Assembly (NCBI GenBank): GCA_026397205.1
Contig: JAPLVH010000006.1
Span: 13,392 to 77,391, forward strand
Reading direction: 5' to 3'
Length of the DNA: 64,000 nucleotides
DNA from: Candidatus Berkelbacteria bacterium
Lineage (GTDB): Bacteria; Patescibacteriota; UBA1384; XYA2-FULL-43-10; CAINNR01
In this document: positions 58,074 to 64,000 of the stretch, piece after piece
How the letters are laid out: each line of letters starts with the position of its first letter
Position numbering within the stretch: the stretch's first letter is position 1
Position numbers and translations under genes: made by a program
Notes under the pieces: model-generated
What the model saw: only the letters and a program-made list of their open reading frames with translations
Told to the model about the DNA's origin: nothing
The model's database searches: none

Positions 58074-58092
58074 CTTAAGCTTCTTAAGCGAC

Positions 58093-59670
58093 TTATGTCT
58101 TTTTTTTCGAAAAATCGGTCAGGTGGCCAAGCAATTTCCCGCCGGCACGCCAGAGAAATTTTAAATCATCAGCACTTCGGATGCCACCGATTTTTCGAAA
58201 AATGAATTTCGGTGTCATAAATGACTTATAAAGTCCTTGTGTCAACTCTTTTATGTCCGACTCCGACAACTCCGATTTCATTATGATTTTCCGCTGGTCG
58301 TAATCGTCCCAATTTTTCGTTGTCAGCCAGCCGTTTTTTTGGCACTCTTTAAATAGTGGCGTGCCGGGATAAGGAATAACGATTGTCGCCTGCAAAGTAT
58401 CAACAAAACCCGAGTCAAATAATTTCTTCGACAAAGCGATCGTTCGTTTCGCGTCTTCCAAACTCTCCCACGGATAGCCCATCATTGTCGTAATGTGCGG
58501 CTCGAGTCCAGCCTTTTTCGCCATCCGAACCCCTTTTTCAATTTCGGCGACGCGCAAATTTTTATTAATATGATCGAGAGTTTTCTGATTTGCCGACTCT
58601 AGCCCATACAAAATAAAGCGAAAACCGGCTTTGCCCATTAAATTATATTCTTCTTGCGACAGGGCTTTCAACCGCATATTGCAATCAATTTTGATCTTTT
58701 TGTTGTAGCCGCGAGAAATCATCCCGTCGCAAAATTCTTCAAGCCACGGCCCAATCGGAAACGAGCCGGCGTCGTCCATAACTTCTTTAACTTTATATTT
58801 GTGGATCAGAATTCCGATTTCGTCCAACATTCGCTTGGCCGAATGTTTGCGGTAATCCTTGCCGGGGTAAAGCGTCGTCCAGGAGCAAAATGTGCACTTT
58901 CCCCACCAACAGTCGCGAGCGGAAAAAGTGTAAGTTCCCGGCGTTCGTTTGTAGTTGCCGTTTTTATAGGCGTATAGTTTCCACTTGGTTAAATCCCGAT
59001 CAATCATCGGCAGCTCGTCCAAAATATGATTTAATTCGAAATGTCCGGTATTTTCGAACAGATCCCCTTCCTTCATTTTTCTTGCGATAGCTGACCCTGT
59101 GGGGATCTTTGATTTTTGATCTTTGATTTTTCTAAACCAGATTCCTGCCTCCAATTTTTCTCCGTGATTGATATGGTTCGCAATATTCAGTGCCAAAAAA
59201 TCCCAATCGCCACCGGTGGCGATAAAATCAACCTTTGAATTTTTCATTGACTCCTCCGGCATCGCCGTCACATGATCGCCAACCAAAACGACTTTTACCG
59301 CCGGCATTTCCTTTTTTATCACATCGATGACTTTCCAGTGGCGCTTGACAACCGGTGTTTTGGTTTCAAAGATGATGAGATCGGGACGAAATTTTTTGAT
59401 GCGATCGAGCCAAATTTCCGGCAACAATTCTTCGGCAATGCCATCATCCCACAAGACATCAAATCCTTGCAACTGTAAAAGCGTCGCGACGTAAGCCGGC
59501 ACCATCGGATAAATGTAGGTCGGATTCTTAAACCATTGAAACTGGCGATTCTGCCCAAGACACGGCGTTCCCTTTTTACTCGGCATCGGCGGATAGGAAA
59601 TTGCGATTTTGAATTTTTTATTTTTCTCCAAATGTTCTTTTGTCGGTTTTGAAATGTGTTTAATCGCCAT
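58093..59670 (-). CDS. B12-binding radical SAM protein
   Basis: RDCWWGKCTFC, GLES and PYPGT motifs; N-terminal cobalamin-binding-like region. Confidence 0.9.
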   Translation of the reverse strand: MAIKHISKPTKEHLEKNKKFKIAISYPPMPSKKGTPCLGQNRQFQWFKNPTYIYPMVPAYVATLLQLQGFDVLWDDGIAEELLPEIWLDRIKKFRPDLIIFETKTPVVKRHWKVIDVIKKEMPAVKVVLVGDHVTAMPEESMKNSKVDFIATGGDWDFLALNIANHINHGEKLEAGIWFRKIKDQKSKIPTGSAIARKMKEGDLFENTGHFELNHILDELPMIDRDLTKWKLYAYKNGNYKRTPGTYTFSARDCWWGKCTFCSWTTLYPGKDYRKHSAKRMLDEIGILIHKYKVKEVMDDAGSFPIGPWLEEFCDGMISRGYNKKIKIDCNMRLKALSQEEYNLMGKAGFRFILYGLESANQKTLDHINKNLRVAEIEKGVRMAKKAGLEPHITTMMGYPWESLEDAKRTIALSKKLFDSGFVDTLQATIVIPYPGTPLFKECQKNGWLTTKNWDDYDQRKIIMKSELSESDIKELTQGLYKSFMTPKFIFRKIGGIRSADDLKFLWRAGGKLLGHLTDFSKKKT

Positions 59671-59770
59671 AAGATTTTCATAAAAATAAATATTGAGTTT
59701 CATCACAATCGTAATTTCACGATATCAAATTACGGCAACCGGTGCAACATAAAAAATCTGGAAGGTTATT

Positions 59771-59998
59771 TTATTTGATTTTATCGAGATCTTTTTTGTC
59801 GAGTTCGGCGAATTTCAAAATATTATTAAGAGTTCCAGGCTTGATAAACTTGTGATTCGGAACAATCAAAACTTTCTTCCGGCCGTTAGTTTTTTCAAGT
59901 TTGATGTGGCTGCCTTTTTGCCCAACAATTTTGAAACCAAAACCAACCAAAACTTTGAGCAATGTTTTGGCCGAAATTTGTGAGTACTTGGCGATCAT
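59771..59998 (-). CDS. hicA: HicA toxin
   Basis: GF..VGQKGSH, VPNH and GTLNNILK motifs. Confidence 0.9.
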   Translation of the reverse strand: MIAKYSQISAKTLLKVLVGFGFKIVGQKGSHIKLEKTNGRKKVLIVPNHKFIKPGTLNNILKFAELDKKDLDKIK

Positions 59999-60208
59999 TT
60001 AACAAACTTTCAATTTTAGTGGCACGACAAATTCTCTTTTGCTTTTTGGCAAGGGATTTTTTCCCAAATACAAATTCACCGCTTCGGAAATGTTGCACAT
60101 CGCTTCTTCAAAAGTTTCTCCTTGGGAAAAACAACCAGGAAGCGACGGAACCGAAACGGAAAAACCGCCGTCATTCTCTTCTTGCATTAGAACAAAGATT
60201 TCTTTCAT
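59999..60208 (-). CDS. hicB: HicB antitoxin (short)
   Basis: VPSLPGCFSQGETFEEAMCNISEA motif. Confidence 0.9.
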   Translation of the reverse strand: MKEIFVLMQEENDGGFSVSVPSLPGCFSQGETFEEAMCNISEAVNLYLGKNPLPKSKREFVVPLKLKVC

Positions 60209-60246
60209 GATTTTATTTTACCACCAGATTTTTTGATTGTAAATAC

Positions 60247-61224
60247 TTATCGTTCCAATTTCCGAACCGTCAGTCCTTGGACAAAACGAATTCCATACCA
60301 AATGTGAGTTAGAAAGATCATTGGAATTGTTAGAATACCAATAAGCGGATTTTTGTGACGGAGGGAAATGATGACGGCATCAAATAAAAGTCCTAATCCG
60401 TAAGCAATAAGCGGTAAGAAAAACAAAATTCGAAATTCGAAATTCGAAATTCGAAACAATATCGAAAATAAGAAAATTAAATACAAAACAAATAAAGTCG
60501 GGATAAAGTAGCCGATTTTCAAAGATGTCTGCGGATATTTTTTGGCAAAAAAGCCGCGGTGGAGTGCATAGTTTCCGATTTGTTTGAAATGCTTTAAGAG
60601 ATTGGCGCGACGATGGTGGTAGACAATACCGGCCGGGTCATAAATAATTTTGTAGCCGGCACTTACAATGTCGAGACAAAGTTTTGTGTCCTCGCCCGGC
60701 CAATACTGGCAATCAAATCCGCCGACTTCCTTAAAAACATCGCGCCAGATCAGCAAACTGACCGTCGGCCAGTCGTCGCAAGTTCGACGATTTCCGATTG
60801 GTAGATAACGGTTGCGGGTGAAACCGCCACCGAGATACGACTCGAAAATCGCGCCGGAAACTTTTTGCAAAACGCCGTTTGATGACGGCGTCACTGCTGG
60901 ACAACCGACGGCGCCAACTTCAGATTTGCGAAAATTGGGAATCATCTTTTTTAGCCAGTCGCGGCGCGGATAGGCATCATCATCTAAAAAAGCCAGGACT
61001 TTCCCACGGGCAAATTTCAGCGCCAAATCACGCTTTTCTGCCGGTCCGATCTTGCCAGAAGCGATGATTTTTGTTTTTGGCCAGCGGTGAATTTCATCCG
61101 GTCGGTCGGGAAATATTAAAACCTCAAACTCCGGCCAATCGAGTTTCAGAATATGCTCCATTGATTCGTAAATGTAGTCGTTGATCTTTTTAACCGGAAT
61201 GATAATTGAAACTTTGGGTTTCAT
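60247..61224 (-). CDS. GT2 glycosyltransferase
   Basis: GPAEKRD, FLDDDAYP and PGED motifs; 7-mer insert FRISNFEFRI between TMs. Confidence 0.92.
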   Translation of the reverse strand: MKPKVSIIIPVKKINDYIYESMEHILKLDWPEFEVLIFPDRPDEIHRWPKTKIIASGKIGPAEKRDLALKFARGKVLAFLDDDAYPRRDWLKKMIPNFRKSEVGAVGCPAVTPSSNGVLQKVSGAIFESYLGGGFTRNRYLPIGNRRTCDDWPTVSLLIWRDVFKEVGGFDCQYWPGEDTKLCLDIVSAGYKIIYDPAGIVYHHRRANLLKHFKQIGNYALHRGFFAKKYPQTSLKIGYFIPTLFVLYLIFLFSILFRISNFEFRILFFLPLIAYGLGLLFDAVIISLRHKNPLIGILTIPMIFLTHIWYGIRFVQGLTVRKLER

Positions 61225-61335
61225 AAATCAAAAATTAAATATCAAAGATCAAAATGTTGGTCGGCACTCCGTGCCGGGATTTATTCTTTTTCATCTTTTT
61301 TATTTATCATTTTAATTTTTGATATTTGATTTTTG
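61225..61335. mobile_element. MITE-like element, copy 3
   Basis: AAATATCAAAGATCAAAATGTTGGTCGGCACTCCGTGCCGGGATT...ATCATTTTAATTTTTGATATTTGATTTTTG. Confidence 0.75.
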
Positions 61336-61338
61336 CTT

Positions 61339-63132
61339 TTAGTATCCCATCTCTCGCAAATATTTTATCGTTTTTGTCAGTCCGGCTTCGAGCGAAATTT
61401 TCGGCGACCAGCCGAGAAGTTTTTTTGCTCGGCTGATATCCGGCTTTCGGCGAGTCGGATCGGAAATCGCCGGCGCAACATGAATAATTTTTGACGACGA
61501 CTTCGTCAACTTGATAACTTTTTCCGCCAACTCTAGCATCGTGCACTCCTGCGGATTGCCAATATTGATCGGACCCTCCAGATCCGAGTGGATGAATTTC
61601 ATCTGGGCCTCGATTTGGTCATCAACAAAGCAAAAACTTCTGGTTTGATTTCCACTGCCCTGAATCGTGATTTCTTCGCCAGACAGCGCTTGCTTGATAA
61701 AGTTGGTGACAACCCGACCATCATCCGGATCCATCATTGGGCCGTAGGTGTTGAAAATTCGGACAATGCCACTGTTGAGACTTTTTTGCCGGCGGGCTTG
61801 GTAAATCAGGGCTTCGGCAAATCGTTTGCCTTCATCATAACATGATCGCATTGAATATGACCAAACATTGCCGGAATAACTCTCCTTTTGCGGATGCTCA
61901 AGTGGGTCGCCGTAAATTTCCGAGGTTGACGATTGAAAAAACCGGGCGCTGTTTTTGTGGGCAAACTTTAAAAGATTTTCGACACCGATAGAATTTGTCT
62001 CCAAAGTTTTAATCGGATCGAGATAATACTTCGGTGGCGACGCCGGGCAGGCGTAGTTCAAAACAAAATCAAACTGACCGCGGGATTTTATCGGCTGACA
62101 AATATCGTGTTTGACGAATGTGAATCTGGGAAACCTCTTTAATTGATCGAGATTGCGCCGATTTCCGGTTTGCAAATTATCAATGACGACAACTTCGCCA
62201 CCGGCAGTCAAAATTCTTTTTGCCATATTGGCGCCTAAAAATCCGGCGCCGCCGGCAATTAAATATTTTTTGCCAGCCGGTTTGAGTTTTTTTGTCGTTG
62301 TTTTTTTCGGCGATGACGGCAAATCCAAGGACAATTTCTGGTGGCGATAATAGTTCAAAATCCGAGCGCGGTAAAAAATCGCCAGTGTGTCGGTAATCAT
62401 TTTTATGATCGTTTTCGGACTGATACCGGAAGCGATAGCGTTAAAATCCAGCTCAACCGGTGCCTCAAAAATCCGCCGATAACCAAGCTGATGGGCGATA
62501 ACCAGCATTTCCAAATCGAAAGCGTACTGTTTAACTAATGCTCGCGGCAAAATATCGTTGGCAACATTACGACGCAAAAATTTCAGGCCAGCTTGAGTGT
62601 CGGTGACATTCAGGCCGAAAAGAATTTTGATCAGCCGCGAATAAATCCAGGAGTAAATTTTTCGCCGCGTCGGATAGTTGACCCGGCTGGCCGGATGCCG
62701 TTTTGAGCCAATGACAAAATCGGCATCAAAGATTTCCAGAAGGCGGACGAATTTGTCGAACTGCTTAGGATCAAAATCACCACCGGCATCAGTGAAAGTA
62801 ATAATTTCGCCGGAAGCTTTTTCGGCGCCGAATTTCAGGGCATAACCTTTGCCGTGATTCGGGAAATATTCAAAAACCTTGACATTTTTTGATTTCGCTC
62901 GCCTCGCCTCTTTCGCCGTTTTGTCCGGTGAGCCATCAACGACGACGATAACTTCAAAATCATATGATAATTGATCGTGAGTTCTGACGATTTTCTGAAT
63001 CGTCCGATAGATATTTTTTTCCTCGTTGTAGGCCGGAATGACGATCGAAAGTTTTGGGCGCTGATTTTTCGTCAACTTCAAAACCCTCCCCCGTTTTGCC
63101 CCTCCGGAAGATTTTTGATTTGATTCTGGCAT
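61339..63132 (-). CDS. GT2 (DPM/DPG-synthase-like) fused to UDP-glucuronate decarboxylase
   Basis: IPAYNE, GKGYA, TDTQAG and FDLE, then GGAGFLG, ACPASP, STSEIYGDP and YDEGKR. Confidence 0.9.
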   Translation of the reverse strand: MPESNQKSSGGAKRGRVLKLTKNQRPKLSIVIPAYNEEKNIYRTIQKIVRTHDQLSYDFEVIVVVDGSPDKTAKEARRAKSKNVKVFEYFPNHGKGYALKFGAEKASGEIITFTDAGGDFDPKQFDKFVRLLEIFDADFVIGSKRHPASRVNYPTRRKIYSWIYSRLIKILFGLNVTDTQAGLKFLRRNVANDILPRALVKQYAFDLEMLVIAHQLGYRRIFEAPVELDFNAIASGISPKTIIKMITDTLAIFYRARILNYYRHQKLSLDLPSSPKKTTTKKLKPAGKKYLIAGGAGFLGANMAKRILTAGGEVVVIDNLQTGNRRNLDQLKRFPRFTFVKHDICQPIKSRGQFDFVLNYACPASPPKYYLDPIKTLETNSIGVENLLKFAHKNSARFFQSSTSEIYGDPLEHPQKESYSGNVWSYSMRSCYDEGKRFAEALIYQARRQKSLNSGIVRIFNTYGPMMDPDDGRVVTNFIKQALSGEEITIQGSGNQTRSFCFVDDQIEAQMKFIHSDLEGPINIGNPQECTMLELAEKVIKLTKSSSKIIHVAPAISDPTRRKPDISRAKKLLGWSPKISLEAGLTKTIKYLREMGY

Positions 63133-63139
63133 TTTTAGT

Positions 63140-64000
63140 TCAAAAAGTTTCCCGCCGGAAAAAGGACTTTAACTGCTGGCGCTTTCCAAAAAGATAATAT
63201 ATCATCATTGCGGCAAAAAGCAAAGCAAACGACAAAATTATTATCCGGACGACCAACTCTAGCGACGAATGAAATTTGGCGATCGCTAGAATTTGCAAGA
63301 TTTCCGCCAAAGCGAAAAACCAGATAAAACGAAAATTTCTGACCACCAAGAAGTAATTGACCAAAAGATTTATCAGCGAATAAAGCAGAATTGCCAGACC
63401 GATCTCCGGTAGAAGATAAAATAAATTGATATACTGCGCGCCGTACAAAACGCCGATGATTTTCGCCGGCGCCACGGTGTAAGCGCCAAGAATCAAAAAC
63501 GATCCAACCAAAACCATGAGCAAAGAGTAAAAAAAGAGTGGATAGTGTTTGTCGCCACGGGTTTTTTTCTCGGAGATCATTGGAAACATCACCGAGACGA
63601 CCGGCGAGGTTATATATAGTATGATCTTGCCAACAGTCGAAACGGCGGCGTAGATGCCAGCGATGTCCGGTGGAAAATAGTGCTTGACCAAAATGATGTC
63701 AAGATTGATGGCGATCGCCAGAAGAAGCATCGAGCCGAGCGCCGGCCAGGAGTAATTCAAAATTTCTTTTTTATCGAAAGTGAAATTTTTTTCTGTTCGA
63801 TCCTTCTTGATTTTTTTGAAAATCCCCGATATCGGCCAGAAAGTCAAAGCGTATGTTGCCGCTGTGGCTAGGACAATTCCCAAAAGCGCGCCGGAAACCG
63901 CAAGGCCGATTTTTACCAAGATGATACCGAGCGCCAAACGAGCAGCCATTTCAAAAATCCCAACCGCTGATAGGGCGTAAAATTTCTGGGCGCCCTGCAA
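63140..64000 (-). CDS. Wzx-like oligosaccharide flippase (5'-truncated by window)
   Basis: Multi-TM with DIILVKHY..AGIYAA and VMFP motifs. Confidence 0.85.
   Translation of the reverse strand: MQGAQKFYALSAVGIFEMAARLALGIILVKIGLAVSGALLGIVLATAATYALTFWPISGIFKKIKKDRTEKNFTFDKKEILNYSWPALGSMLLLAIAINLDIILVKHYFPPDIAGIYAAVSTVGKIILYITSPVVSVMFPMISEKKTRGDKHYPLFFYSLLMVLVGSFLILGAYTVAPAKIIGVLYGAQYINLFYLLPEIGLAILLYSLINLLVNYFLVVRNFRFIWFFALAEILQILAIAKFHSSLELVVRIIILSFALLFAAMMIYYLFGKRQQLKSFFRRETF

Noticed and set aside
59710-59770. Integron attC site or dif site after hicA
   Set aside because: No convincing RYYYAAC/GTTRRRY pair, no XerC/XerD arm match, and no integrase.
1-64000. Alternative genetic code (UGA=Gly, table 25)
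   Set aside because: Conserved genes are full length under code 11 and several end in TGA (for example mreB, mnmA, pcrA).

Overview
Bacterial chromosomal window (translation table 11). Gene content and style point to a CPR/Patescibacteria genome (inference). The left half holds housekeeping genes: mreBCD-mrdA, greA, mnmA/iscU/iscS, tatD, metG, rsmI, an NRAMP transporter, rsmA/ksgA, a G5/YabE-like protein and pcrA. These are interspersed with small self-contained ORFan genes. A TPR / dockerin-lysozyme-like / four-helix-bundle / cohesin-like locus follows, then a >33 kb minus-strand surface-glycan cluster (GT2, GT4, GT-C, UbiA, aminotransferase, methyltransferases, radical SAM, flippase, hicBA). 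The most striking signal is not a gene. Several short repeat families (7-bp and 9-bp tandem arrays, often paired as inverted arms, and GNA-triloop REP-like hairpins) sit at gene junctions. They have also invaded conserved protein-coding genes in frame: six insertions in mnmA, and more in iscS, iscU, rsmI, ksgA, pcrA, metG and the radical SAM gene. They nest inside each other and sometimes supply start codons, stop codons and a domain linker. A four-helix-bundle (IVS/bAvd-like) gene bracketed by inverted 9-mer arrays is the best candidate for a gene-carrying member of this system. No rRNA, tRNA, CRISPR array, transposase or reverse transcriptase was recognised. All assignments come from reading motifs; no database search was run.
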